52,976 nt of DNA from a phage: the sequence record PZ049337.1. One strand, written 5' to 3'. Every line of letters begins with the position of its first letter. The first letter of the stretch is position 1. The position numbers and the translations under genes are program-made. The notes under the pieces were generated by a model. The model worked only from the letters and a program-made list of their open reading frames with translations, made no database searches and was not told the DNA's origin. Positions 1 to 9,140 of the stretch are shown in pieces.

Positions 1-665
1 ATAAGCAATTGATGCAGGAAGAATTTAGGGCCATTACCTTTAACTTCTTTCTTCTTCGACTTGCCATTGTCCTTGATGATTAATTTGAGTTCACCATAAT
101 CTTTAGGGATTACGATTTTCTCACCAATACCCTGGGTTTCACGTTCCCATTGGTAATGTTTGATTACTGGACCAACACCACCGTTCTGCCCGATTTGTCG
201 CAAGTCTTTGTCCAGCGACGCAATCCAGACTTCATCATATGTGCAAGGACCAATACGCTTGAGGCTCTTAATCTCATTACGTTTACCCATTGTTGCTTCG
301 TATTCATGACGAGCGAATACAGCCAGAAGGTCATCTGCTTCCAGACCTTTCATCCACATTCCGTTCCATGCAACCATGAGATGTGCTTTCGCATTCTTAA
401 GGTTTTCTGGACGCCATACGGTATCACGGTTGCCCTTGTAGTCAGGAGCAAAGACATGTCTCATAGTTTCAGACGGGGATACAAAACTCATAATCTCCGT
501 GGCGCCAGAACGCTTGGCAAGGAACTCCATCTTTGAGTCTATGGACATTTGAATCTTGGCGAAGTTTATATCTCCTGGCTCTTTCCCATATTCTTCTGCC
601 GCGCAGTGGGAAAATGCAATCATATCTGCATCAACGAGAAGCAGGACGCGCTTCTTACTTACCAT
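1..665 (-). CDS. 5'-3' exonuclease / flap endonuclease (T7 gp6-like); C-terminus runs off the window start
   Basis: Minus-strand frame open from ATG at 665 to the window edge (absent from ORF track because truncated). Hand translation MVSKKRVLLLVDADMIAFSH...PDYKGNRD...EADDLLA shows FEN/PIN-type acidic motifs. Sits in the replication module. Confidence 0.55.
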   Translation of the reverse strand, partial: MVSKKRVLLLVDADMIAFSHCAAEEYGKEPGDINFAKIQMSIDSKMEFLAKRSGATEIMSFVSPSETMRHVFAPDYKGNRDTVWRPENLKNAKAHLMVAWNGMWMKGLEADDLLAVFARHEYEATMGKRNEIKSLKRIGPCTYDEVWIASLDKDLRQIGQNGGVGPVIKHYQWERETQGIGEKIVIPKDYGELKLIIKDNGKSKKKEVKGNGPKFFLHQLL

Positions 666-1083
666 TAAGTCCTTCTCCATTCTTGGTGTGCCACTGCTTG
701 TGGTGGAAGTTGCACAACCACCTTACATCCAGAGGCTTGGAATAGTCGTCGTGGTGAGCTACTGAATTAGTATCTCCACAACATTCGCAAGCACCTTTTA
801 CAAGTCTGTGCTCTCTAAGAGCTATTTGGACTGCAACATGTGCTGCACGTTTTATTGGGTTTGAGTTTCTGTACAAAGAAGTTTGCTCTCGAACTTTGTC
901 GATATTAGCTTTCTTATACTTACGGTTTGCTCGAAGTTTGGCCTCTGGGTTCTTGCTTATGCTGCTGTTGTTTTGTTTGTTTACACAAAACTTGCAGCTT
1001 GCTCGATGCCCATCTTTACCCAACTTCCATTTATAGAATTCAGATAAAGGCTTTGGTGTTTTACATGAACTACAAACTTTCAT
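655..1083 (-). CDS. HNH endonuclease with N-terminal zinc-finger (homing-endonuclease-like)
   Basis: CxxC...CxxC cysteines plus AHHDDYSKPLDVRWLCNFHHKQWH HNH core; paralog of ORF 4243..4632. Confidence 0.6.
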   Translation of the reverse strand: MKVCSSCKTPKPLSEFYKWKLGKDGHRASCKFCVNKQNNSSISKNPEAKLRANRKYKKANIDKVREQTSLYRNSNPIKRAAHVAVQIALREHRLVKGACECCGDTNSVAHHDDYSKPLDVRWLCNFHHKQWHTKNGEGLNGK

Positions 1084-1124
1084 TTGAATTCCAAATTAAA
1101 GGCTCCCGAAGGAGCCAATTATGA

Positions 1125-1991
1125 TTAAAAGGGCATACCTGTGCCGCCAGCAGCACCACCTTCAGCTTCACGCTGTGCTTTCGCAGCAGCCTGTGCTTCC
1201 AGTTCAGCTTTCATAGCTGCATCAACTTCTTCATCAGAAGCCTGATTCGGTACAGCACCAGCATCGGCAGGTTTGCCACCTAACAGAGCAGACAGCTTGG
1301 TCTTGTAGAAATCAACACCGGAAGTAATACGGTTCTTGATTGCATACGGAGATTCGCCACCAGGCAGCTTGTTGAATACTTCCAGGTCTGGTTCAGACAT
1401 GTCGAAGAAGACAGTCGGGTTCACCAGAGCTTTGGCTTCTTTCTTCTCTTTGGACTTCATTGGAGAGAAGGTAGCAACCTTGTTCGCAACCTGACCAGCA
1501 TTCTTGCCGGACTGCTTGGTATATTGAACAATGCCAACAACCAGAGGTTCGGTCAACCAATCTGGTAGGTTCTTGGCAGGATGGCCCTGAATACCTTGTT
1601 CCAGGTTAGGTTTAACTTCCAGAGCATCAATCGCTTTAGCGAATTTGTAGATGTGGGAGTTGTCACCCATGAAGCCATCGGCATTGTAGGTAAACTCAAA
1701 GTCAAACCAACGTGGCTTGTCTTCAAGATTCTTCGCCATCATGATGCCGTCATCTTCGTCTGGGTCTTGAACCATGACCATTTTACCTTCACTGTCAACT
1801 TCTTTCATGTACTCGTCGAGCAGTTCGAAAGTCACCAGAAGTTTCAGGGACGGAGTAGGATATTTAGCAGAACCCGGCTGTAAGCCCAGGTCGATAATAC
1901 GGCAAACACGAGCAGGATAACCCCCCGCTTCCAGTAATGGTGCAGCAGAAGGAGTCTTGTTCGAGGCCAGGGTAGGAGCAGCAAATGCCAT
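1125..1991 (-). CDS. hypothetical protein, possible gp2.5-like ssDNA-binding/annealing protein
   Basis: 288 aa; ATG at 1991 with AGG Shine-Dalgarno; acidic/Ala-rich C-terminal tail ending GMPF; located between polymerase and exonuclease. Function is inferred from position and tail only. Confidence 0.4.
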   Translation of the reverse strand: MAFAAPTLASNKTPSAAPLLEAGGYPARVCRIIDLGLQPGSAKYPTPSLKLLVTFELLDEYMKEVDSEGKMVMVQDPDEDDGIMMAKNLEDKPRWFDFEFTYNADGFMGDNSHIYKFAKAIDALEVKPNLEQGIQGHPAKNLPDWLTEPLVVGIVQYTKQSGKNAGQVANKVATFSPMKSKEKKEAKALVNPTVFFDMSEPDLEVFNKLPGGESPYAIKNRITSGVDFYKTKLSALLGGKPADAGAVPNQASDEEVDAAMKAELEAQAAAKAQREAEGGAAGGTGMPF

Positions 1992-2022
1992 TTTGAGTAC
2001 CTTTAAATTTCAGTTTTGGGAG

Positions 2023-2295
2023 TTAATCAACTTGCAACATTGCAAGCTGGAAGTCATATCCAACTAATACTTCGGACAGCTCTTCAATTGAAGTCGTTGC
2101 CGAGATTAAAGTTTGGAGGTTTTTGAATGTCTCATCGTTAAATGCTTGAGACTGTGTGTCGGACGAATAGAATACTTTGTCCTTAATCTTTTCAAGGAAC
2201 GCCATTACGGCGTCTTTTGCGAGAACTTCGGAATCAGTAGCAAACATATGATGCTCTAACTCCTGCATATCGAAAATAGAATATACAATTTTCAT
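2023..2295 (-). CDS. hypothetical protein (90 aa)
   Basis: Minus-strand ORF packed between DNA polymerase and the 288-aa gene; no recognisable motif. Confidence 0.45.
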   Translation of the reverse strand: MKIVYSIFDMQELEHHMFATDSEVLAKDAVMAFLEKIKDKVFYSSDTQSQAFNDETFKNLQTLISATTSIEELSEVLVGYDFQLAMLQVD

Positions 2296-4250
2296 TAGTG
2301 AATCTCTGCGTAGTTATCACCGAACTGTACATCACATGCACAATCACGGTTAAGTTTAAGTTCTTTGTTGGTTCGGTCCATTGCCTCATTAAGTAAGTCT
2401 GTCCACAAATCACGGAAACCTTTCTTAACTTGGAGAATCAATTCATCATGGAATTGTCCAGACAGAAGCGGGTCACAGCCCCAACGTTCGTTACAAATTG
2501 CAATAATGTTATTACACCAAATATCAAACACATATGCGCCAGTACCCTGACACAATGTGGAGAAGCGGTCTTTCTCTGTACGCAATGAATACCAGAATTT
2601 GTTTACTGGATTCTGTTGCCACATCTGACCATCAACTGTGATAACTTTAGTGTTAGCAGCAATTTCTTTGATAGACCAGTTCAAGTCCCAATATGCTTTA
2701 TGCAGTCGTGCAGCAGTATTCTGGTCGCAACCAGCAGAACGGGCTACAGTTGGTACACCAGCACCATACTGACAAGCATAGTTTGTGGTCTTAAACATTG
2801 GACGTTGTTTACACTTCTTAATTCCGTCCTTATGGTCCTGAGATTCTTGTTCGGTGATAAATCCACCAATTACGCCGATTGCAAGGTGAGCATCATAGTC
2901 TGGTGCCAACTGCTTCTTAACGTATTCAGGGTCATACATCCACTGGAAGTGGTGCTTACAGCGGTCTTCCAGTGAACACAAGTCAGAGCCTAACTGCTCG
3001 TAGTCTTCGCGCCACGCTTCCAACATTGAACGAAGCTCTTCACCGCCAAATACGCGAATAGAAGGGAGGTTAACAAGTTCGCGGTGTTTAAGACGTAAAG
3101 TATTGGTAAGACCACCGCATCTTGCAGTAAGGAATCCATCTTCATCGACGTCGCGAAGGAAGCCATTAACAACAGACAGACGGTGTTTATACACGCCCAT
3201 ACCAATAAGGTGTTGAATACCGGAGTCGGGGTTTCTTTCTGCCAGCTTATGCAAGCTCGGACAGATTTCAGGATTTCCATCTTCATCCTTCACAGTGATT
3301 TGCGGAATCTGGCGAGTTTCACCTGTTTCCTTGTTACGGTCAAACTTAAAGGTTTCCGGTTCCCAACCTAGGCTGAACAACCAATCTTTGATTTGAACAT
3401 GTGAACCAGCATTAGGCTTCTTATAACCTTTAAGAACCTTGATAGCCAGGTCTGGGTCTTTCCAGTCCAAACCGTTTGCATCACAAATAGCCTTCCACTT
3501 AATTCCAGTGGCAGACAGTTGCCCGTTCATTTTGTGGCATTTAGTTGGACGGGTTTTGATAACATATTCCGGAACACGCGGCATTGATGCTTCCAATGCG
3601 TCCGTCTTCTCTTTAATCATTGGTTCCAGCTTGGCCTTAAACGCCAATGCCTTCTCAATGTTCAGCTTCCAGCGAGTACGTTGTTGAATAACTTGTTGAC
3701 GAGCTTTTGTCATCAGGTATTCAACGAAGCGTTTAACTTCGCTAGGAGATTTATAAATCTTCAAGAGTTGGATGTATTGCTGTTCCCACAGCTTCAACTG
3801 AATCTTGCAGTCTTCCATCACACGATGGTTGTACTCTTCTTGAGTTTGATTTTCCCAATCTTCAATGACTGGTTTTGGCACACCAAACTCTTCGCCGTAA
3901 CCTTCTAAGCCGTGCTTAACACGACGAGGTTGCAGATACCAACTGATAAACAAAGTATCAATTAGTGTACATTTTGAAACGTCGTAGCCCAGGAACCTCA
4001 GTGCCTCAAAGTCGAAGGTTGCGCCATTGTGAGTACAAAATGTTGGACCAGTATCTAGGAAGTCCTGAATAGCCTTTCTTTCAGTCCATTCAAACACCTT
4101 CTCTTCACGAGAAACAACATCAATGATTCCCATGTTGTGCAAGCGCGGTGCTTCTTGCTTCTTCATTTGGTCCAGTAAGCCAGTGGTTTCAATATCCATA
4201 GCATACATATTGGAGTAAGGATACAACATTTCAGGCTCCGAACTATTCAA
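2295..4250 (-). CDS. DNA polymerase, family A, with 3'-5' exonuclease domain
   Basis: Exo I motif DIETTGL near N-terminus; Pol A motif B RPMFKTTNYACQYG (R-x3-K-x7-YG); motif C FHDEL. Confidence 0.8.
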   Translation of the reverse strand: MNSSEPEMLYPYSNMYAMDIETTGLLDQMKKQEAPRLHNMGIIDVVSREEKVFEWTERKAIQDFLDTGPTFCTHNGATFDFEALRFLGYDVSKCTLIDTLFISWYLQPRRVKHGLEGYGEEFGVPKPVIEDWENQTQEEYNHRVMEDCKIQLKLWEQQYIQLLKIYKSPSEVKRFVEYLMTKARQQVIQQRTRWKLNIEKALAFKAKLEPMIKEKTDALEASMPRVPEYVIKTRPTKCHKMNGQLSATGIKWKAICDANGLDWKDPDLAIKVLKGYKKPNAGSHVQIKDWLFSLGWEPETFKFDRNKETGETRQIPQITVKDEDGNPEICPSLHKLAERNPDSGIQHLIGMGVYKHRLSVVNGFLRDVDEDGFLTARCGGLTNTLRLKHRELVNLPSIRVFGGEELRSMLEAWREDYEQLGSDLCSLEDRCKHHFQWMYDPEYVKKQLAPDYDAHLAIGVIGGFITEQESQDHKDGIKKCKQRPMFKTTNYACQYGAGVPTVARSAGCDQNTAARLHKAYWDLNWSIKEIAANTKVITVDGQMWQQNPVNKFWYSLRTEKDRFSTLCQGTGAYVFDIWCNNIIAICNERWGCDPLLSGQFHDELILQVKKGFRDLWTDLLNEAMDRTNKELKLNRDCACDVQFGDNYAEIH

Positions 4251-4632
4251 TAGGTGTATTATTCATATGCCACAGGGTGTGACATTCTTTGCAAAGCCAA
4301 CGAACAACCTTTGGCTTATTGTAGTCGTCGTGATGTGCCTCAAGTTTCTTATCTTGGCAACATCCCATACAACGTGCAGGAGGAATCATCCCACGTACCG
4401 CGACTCTGGCAGCACGCTTCTTAGGATTTAACTCTGCATGTTTCTTAGACCTTGCCTTATTGAGTTCCCGCTCTCGTCCGATATTACGAACAGGCTTCTC
4501 TGGTAATGGTGCAGATTTGTACTCTGCGCGATACTTCAATTTCTTGCAAAGCTTACACCAAGATGAACTCTTGTGAAAGTTTGCTTCATCTTGAGGTACT
4601 TTGCACTTAGAACAAATTTTCATCATTTCCAA
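4243..4632 (-). CDS. HNH endonuclease with N-terminal zinc-finger
   Basis: CSKCK...CKLCK zinc knuckles and EAHHDDYNKPKVVRWLCKECHTLWH; overlaps the DNA polymerase start by 8 nt; paralog of 655..1083. Confidence 0.6.
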   Translation of the reverse strand: MEMMKICSKCKVPQDEANFHKSSSWCKLCKKLKYRAEYKSAPLPEKPVRNIGRERELNKARSKKHAELNPKKRAARVAVRGMIPPARCMGCCQDKKLEAHHDDYNKPKVVRWLCKECHTLWHMNNTPIE

Positions 4633-4687
4633 CTATTGTAAAGTGAGGTCTACGCTGGTGGGCGAACCATGCAGCGTAGAAGCTCTG

Positions 4688-6454
4688 TTATTGATGCGGA
4701 CCGTTCTTCTTAGTAAGTTGAACAATCTCTTTGGTTTCGAACAAGGAGTCGTCCCAAGAACGTTGAATGATTCGACCAGAGTCTGTGTCATAGTACGTCT
4801 TGAAGCCCTCTGTTTTACCACTCTTACGAGCTTTGATGGAACGAATAATAGAACAGTTTGGGTCTACTGCCTGACTATTACGCTCAAAACCAAACATACC
4901 ATGAGAATATTTAGCAGCAGCACGAGAGCCAGTAAAGTCTGACTTCTTAATACGTCCACCATCTTCATGAGGTCGCTGACCTTTTGCCACAGGGTTAAGG
5001 TGTGACAAGATATTAACATGGAACTGATATTGGTCTGCCAGCTTGGTAATGTCTGCATACAGCTTACCTAAGAAGTCGTTCTTCTCTGAGGCAGAAATCC
5101 CTTCTGATAAGTAGGTTAAGTTATCAAGAACAAACATATCAATGTCTGGACCAATCTGACGAAGAATCGTCTTTAACCCATCCCAAGTTTCATAAGGGTC
5201 TTCTCCAGCTTGCTTGCGGTCCCAAATCTCCATGTTACGAAGCATCTTCGCAGCAGTTTGACGGAACTTAGCTTCATCATATCGAGGGTCTTCACGAGTA
5301 AACGCGGGTTCCCAATATGGCAAGTTGTCGTTAAGGCCAGCCATTCGGCGTAATGTTTCCGCAGGAGTTTCCTCCATGTATGCAGTAAACACTCCCCAAT
5401 CATGCTGAACAATGTTGTGATGCACAATCTGTCGAGACAGTGTAGTCTTACCACCACCTTCTGCACCACCGATTGAGATAACTTCGGCACGACGTTGACC
5501 GAACATTAAGTCAGTCAGTTTGGGCCAAGGGTAGTCCACACCCTGTTCAACTTCGTCATCAAGCTCTTCCATAAGAAGTTCTTTGTTGACAAGTGCTGTA
5601 GGTAGAGGACGGGCAGCACGGAACACAACAGCAGATTGAGTAGCTTTAAGCAAGCCACGTTTCAAACAGTCGTTGGCATCGTTGGCAGGAAGTGTGGCAA
5701 TCATTGCACCAGGCAACAATCGACACGCTTCTTTTGCAGCTTTACGACCAGGTTCATCATCATCAAATACGATAACAACCTGCTCCCAACGTTGCTTAAT
5801 TTCTTCTGCAACTGGTGACAAACATTTGTGTACGGAATCACTTCCATCACTCAAACTAATTACAGCAAAATCCAAATCTTCATATGCACCACCACGGTTC
5901 ATAGTCTTGAGGATTTGACGCAATGCGATACAGTCTTCTTCACCTTCAGTGATGAACAATGTCTTACCGCCAATTGCTTTTGCAGCCAACCAATTGTAGG
6001 GTTCGTTGCCTTGAGTATCACCAACAGACCACATAACTTTCTTGTTCAGAAGTTTAATCTTCCAACGAACAAGTTTACCATTTTTGGTGTAGCCATGCGC
6101 CAAAGCATTTGGAGTCTTGCCATCAAACTCTGAATACAGAAGTCGGACACCAGCAGCTTTCCAAAATTCTGGTTCAATGCTGCGATGGTCTAAATCAAAC
6201 GGAGGACACGAGGTTACTTCGTCAATTTCTTCCTGAATTTCTTCTGGAGTCTTGACCTTAATTTCCGGAATATTCTCCGGATTATTGCCGTACGGATTCG
6301 GAACGAGAACGCCACATGCAAAGCAGTAACCAGAGAAGTTCTTATTACCAGCTTCATCGACATTCAACCAAACCTGTAAAGACTTGCCAGATGTGGATTT
6401 ACAGTCTGGTACATCGTGCTTAATCTTGGCAACACATTGCTTAACGTTCATCAT
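4688..6454 (-). CDS. bifunctional DNA primase/helicase (T7 gp4-like)
   Basis: N-terminal Cys4 zinc ribbon (CKSTSG...CFACG), central TOPRIM-like acidic region, Walker A GGAEGGGKTT of DnaB-type helicase. Confidence 0.8.
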   Translation of the reverse strand: MMNVKQCVAKIKHDVPDCKSTSGKSLQVWLNVDEAGNKNFSGYCFACGVLVPNPYGNNPENIPEIKVKTPEEIQEEIDEVTSCPPFDLDHRSIEPEFWKAAGVRLLYSEFDGKTPNALAHGYTKNGKLVRWKIKLLNKKVMWSVGDTQGNEPYNWLAAKAIGGKTLFITEGEEDCIALRQILKTMNRGGAYEDLDFAVISLSDGSDSVHKCLSPVAEEIKQRWEQVVIVFDDDEPGRKAAKEACRLLPGAMIATLPANDANDCLKRGLLKATQSAVVFRAARPLPTALVNKELLMEELDDEVEQGVDYPWPKLTDLMFGQRRAEVISIGGAEGGGKTTLSRQIVHHNIVQHDWGVFTAYMEETPAETLRRMAGLNDNLPYWEPAFTREDPRYDEAKFRQTAAKMLRNMEIWDRKQAGEDPYETWDGLKTILRQIGPDIDMFVLDNLTYLSEGISASEKNDFLGKLYADITKLADQYQFHVNILSHLNPVAKGQRPHEDGGRIKKSDFTGSRAAAKYSHGMFGFERNSQAVDPNCSIIRSIKARKSGKTEGFKTYYDTDSGRIIQRSWDDSLFETKEIVQLTKKNGPHQ

Positions 6455-7105
6455 TTATTCCTGTTTAATGAGTGCCTCCCAGCAAACAGGAAACAACTCT
6501 GACATAATTTTATTAACTTCTTCTGCAAACAAACGTGCCTCATATTGGGCGTGCTCTGTAGAGCGTTGCTTGTACATATTAGCCCAGCCCAGTAAAGAGC
6601 CAGTCCAAATCCATGTAGTCATCATGGATTGTGGCAACACCATTCGGGCTTGCTCTGGAGCAATCCCCAAACCAATTAACGTTTCATACTCTGCAATGCA
6701 AGCCTTGTTGTGGATTTCCATGCGATAGTGAATATCGTCAGCAAAATCCTGTGGCAATGGTTGTGCAGTCTGAGTCATCAACTTTTCAGGACGACCAAAC
6801 ACCACATCAGGTACAAAGCATTCAATTTCGATTGCTTCGCCATCTTTGTAACGACGGCTAACTTCGTTCCAACGAAAGCCCACCTGGTGCTTACCCAGCT
6901 GCCGCGCAATAAAGATTGGTGCTGTACAACGTAGTGTTACATACGCGTGGGCAAAAGGTGTATTGTGCTTATGCTTTGCGAGAAATTCAATCAGCTTCTC
7001 GTCGCGCAATGTCATCTCGTGGGACTCTGCACCATAAGAGGCTCGTGCAGCATTAACAGTTGTGAGGTCGCTGCCCATGTGGTCAACGAGTGTTGCAGTA
7101 ATCAT
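6455..7105 (-). CDS. thyX: flavin-dependent thymidylate synthase ThyX-like
   Basis: 216 aa; MGSDLTTVNAARASY...HNTPFAHAYVTL...APIFIARQLGKHQVGFRWNEVSRRY aligns with the ThyX signature region (from memory), but canonical RHR is KHQ here. Confidence 0.65.
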   Translation of the reverse strand: MITATLVDHMGSDLTTVNAARASYGAESHEMTLRDEKLIEFLAKHKHNTPFAHAYVTLRCTAPIFIARQLGKHQVGFRWNEVSRRYKDGEAIEIECFVPDVVFGRPEKLMTQTAQPLPQDFADDIHYRMEIHNKACIAEYETLIGLGIAPEQARMVLPQSMMTTWIWTGSLLGWANMYKQRSTEHAQYEARLFAEEVNKIMSELFPVCWEALIKQE

Positions 7106-7161
7106 TTGCTCTCCGGTTCATATGGTGGGAGATTAATTAGCTCCGCACCATAACAATGGTA

Positions 7162-7383
7162 TTATTTTAATGACGCCTGTAAAGACGCATTTAGTACACA
7201 ACGCTTCTCATATTCGCGATGGTTGTACGTGTTTGTCAGTGCTTCCGCAGCTTCTATTGACAAGATTGCAAAACCACCAAAGGCATTGCGAACTTCTTCA
7301 ATATCCATGTGCAGGACTTCACTTGTGATTTGGTTGGCTATTACGGCCTTATAAATCTCTTCGGCAATTTCAGCAGTTTTCAT
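7162..7383 (-). CDS. hypothetical protein (73 aa)
   Basis: Minus-strand ORF directly upstream of thyX; no motif recognised. Confidence 0.4.
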   Translation of the reverse strand: MKTAEIAEEIYKAVIANQITSEVLHMDIEEVRNAFGGFAILSIEAAEALTNTYNHREYEKRCVLNASLQASLK

Positions 7384-7794
7384 GTTTCTCTCCAGTTAAA
7401 ATTTAAGTAAGTGCCCTGACGTGGACTATTACGAACATTACAATACATTGGCTTAAATGATGTTTCCACTGCGGCCAAGACACTTATTAAATTTGATTCG
7501 AACCGCCCAAGTGAATCAGCCTTGTTTATGGGGACCATCGGGGAAAAGTATAAACCCGCTTAATGCTCGCATCATGTTTGAACATTAAGAACCCTTGACT
7601 TGCATATTTCATGTGAATAGGGGCATAGTCTATGTTTAATAGCTAACACCGGACAAGGAGGATTCCAGCTTAGAGCCTGAACTCAGTTCCCGACACATCA
7701 CAATCAGCGCAACTAAGCCGTATCGCTACGGTATGCCAGACGCTAACTTGAGCCTTTTGTACAGAGGCATAACTGTTTGGAAAGTGGCGGGCAC

Positions 7795-7863
7795 GTGACT
7801 GACATTTTGCACATTATGGAAGACGTTTTGCAACACATCTCCTAGTGACTGACATTTGCACTA
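7795..7863. repeat. direct repeat pair GTGACTGACATT(T)TGCAC
   Basis: Two near-identical 19-nt copies at 7795-7813 and 7845-7863 inside an ORF-free block. Confidence 0.5.
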
Positions 7864-7961
7864 GCCCATTGATTTGGTGGATTCGGTGAACCCTACGTTC
7901 ACAATTACACAGTCGGCCTCGGATGCTTCATCCCTATCCCATCGTGCAGGTTTCATTAACT

Positions 7962-8168
7962 CTACGAATCCATTGATTCTTTGTCAGGTTCTGACAGCAA
8001 ATTGCGGAGGAATGTATCCTCAGCGTTATAAAGAAATGCGTAGTAGAGTTGTTTAGCCTTGTTCCGGCTACATCCAAGAACTTGCATAATTTCTACATAC
8101 TGATACTGACGCACTCTATTATTAATGATTGCGTTACGAATGATTGCACGAATGCTAATTTTGTCCAT
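7962..8168 (-). CDS. hypothetical small protein, possible helix-turn-helix regulator
   Basis: 68 aa, basic; segment VRQYQYVEIMQVLGCSRNKAKQLYYAF resembles an HTH; flanked by ORF-free sequence. Confidence 0.3.
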   Translation of the reverse strand: MDKISIRAIIRNAIINNRVRQYQYVEIMQVLGCSRNKAKQLYYAFLYNAEDTFLRNLLSEPDKESMDS

Positions 8169-8594
8169 AGAAGACTACCTTATGTGATTGAGGTTGCGGC
8201 CTTTACGCGGCCAACGTGCCATTAATGCTGGCAAGACAGAGCTAACGTTCTCAAGCACTTTTGTCTAGGTCTGTTCCCGGCCACTGTTCTAGGAAGTGAC
8301 TACCTGAACTTTCTCGCGTTCAATACGAGGCAGCAATTTCAATTGTTATGCCCAGAGCAACTTGCAGGTTTGTTTGAGTTGGAGTCCTGCTTCCAAACGC
8401 ATGGAATTACACCACCAATACTACGAAGTAGCTAGAGTCTCGTTATTTAAAGTCGCGCACTCCCTCGACTGTGATATACGTGTGTTTAAAGTCCCGTACC
8501 GGACTGCCAAATGAAATGCGATGGCGAGCATTTGTTTGGCTGTCGTCACCTTGGTCAGTCTTTTACACCACCAACTAGCTAGGCCATGTTCAAC

Positions 8595-8804
8595 TCACTG
8601 TCGGGTAAGTTGAGAACACTTTTGTGCCCACGTTTCGTTGTGGACTAAAATCTGTGTTTTGGTTTCGCGTGATAAGATTTTAACTTCTGCAACATCCAAA
8701 TAGATTGGTTGTGCAATTAAGCAATAATCACTTACGAACCCACTTTGAGAGCAACTCACTATCGACATTGCTATCAGAACTGCTAGACACTTCTTTCTGA
8801 ACAT
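8595..8804 (-). CDS. outer-membrane lipoprotein, o-spanin (Rz1)-like
   Basis: Lipoprotein signal MFRKKCLAVLIAMSIVS|C with lipobox IVSC; start embedded out of frame in the 3' end of ORF 8728..8964. Confidence 0.45.
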   Translation of the reverse strand: MFRKKCLAVLIAMSIVSCSQSGFVSDYCLIAQPIYLDVAEVKILSRETKTQILVHNETWAQKCSQLTRQ

Positions 8805-8964
8805 GCGATTTAATCTCGATAGATTCTTTTAATGAATCCAGTTGCTTCTCTTTGGCTTCCTGACGCTCCTCGGCTTTGCCTGAGCTTTTGCCTTTGAGGA
8901 ACACTGCAATGAGAATGCCCAATGCAGTCAAGACGCCAAGAAATATTGACTTAAGCTGTTGCAT
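8728..8964 (-). CDS. inner-membrane spanin (Rz)-like protein
   Basis: 78 aa; N-terminal transmembrane helix IFLGVLTALGILIAVFL followed by charged coiled-coil-like segment; overlaps the lipoprotein ORF. Confidence 0.45.
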   Translation of the reverse strand: MQQLKSIFLGVLTALGILIAVFLKGKSSGKAEERQEAKEKQLDSLKESIEIKSHVQKEVSSSSDSNVDSELLSKWVRK

Positions 8965-8972
8965 GAATCACC

Positions 8973-9113
8973 TTAGATGGCGCACGCACCACTTGAACAG
9001 TCGTTATCGCCAGCACCAGGAACGATTGCTTCTTCGTCCTGCTTCTTCTTGAGTTCTTCAATTGCTTCTTCGGCAGCACCGAAGTCCAAATTGTCTAGTG
9101 CATCAATGTCCAT
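8973..9113 (-). CDS. small acidic protein (46 aa)
   Basis: Below the ORF-track cutoff; hand-translated MDIDALDNLDFGAAEEAIEELKKKQDEEAIVPGAGDNDCSSGACAI; GGAG Shine-Dalgarno 6 nt upstream of ATG at 9113. Confidence 0.3.
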   Translation of the reverse strand: MDIDALDNLDFGAAEEAIEELKKKQDEEAIVPGAGDNDCSSGACAI

Positions 9114-9140
9114 GAGGACTCCATGTTATTGTTGAAAGTG

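Noticed and set aside
150-536. Plus-strand ORFs such as 150..536, 43491..44072, 50797..51255 and about 150 others in the track
   Set aside because: Each lies antisense within a well-supported minus-strand gene and has no independent motif or ribosome-binding site.
7493-7508. GATTCGAACC, reverse complement of a tRNA T-loop, as a possible second tRNA
   Set aside because: No complementary T-stem or acceptor-stem partner could be found around it.
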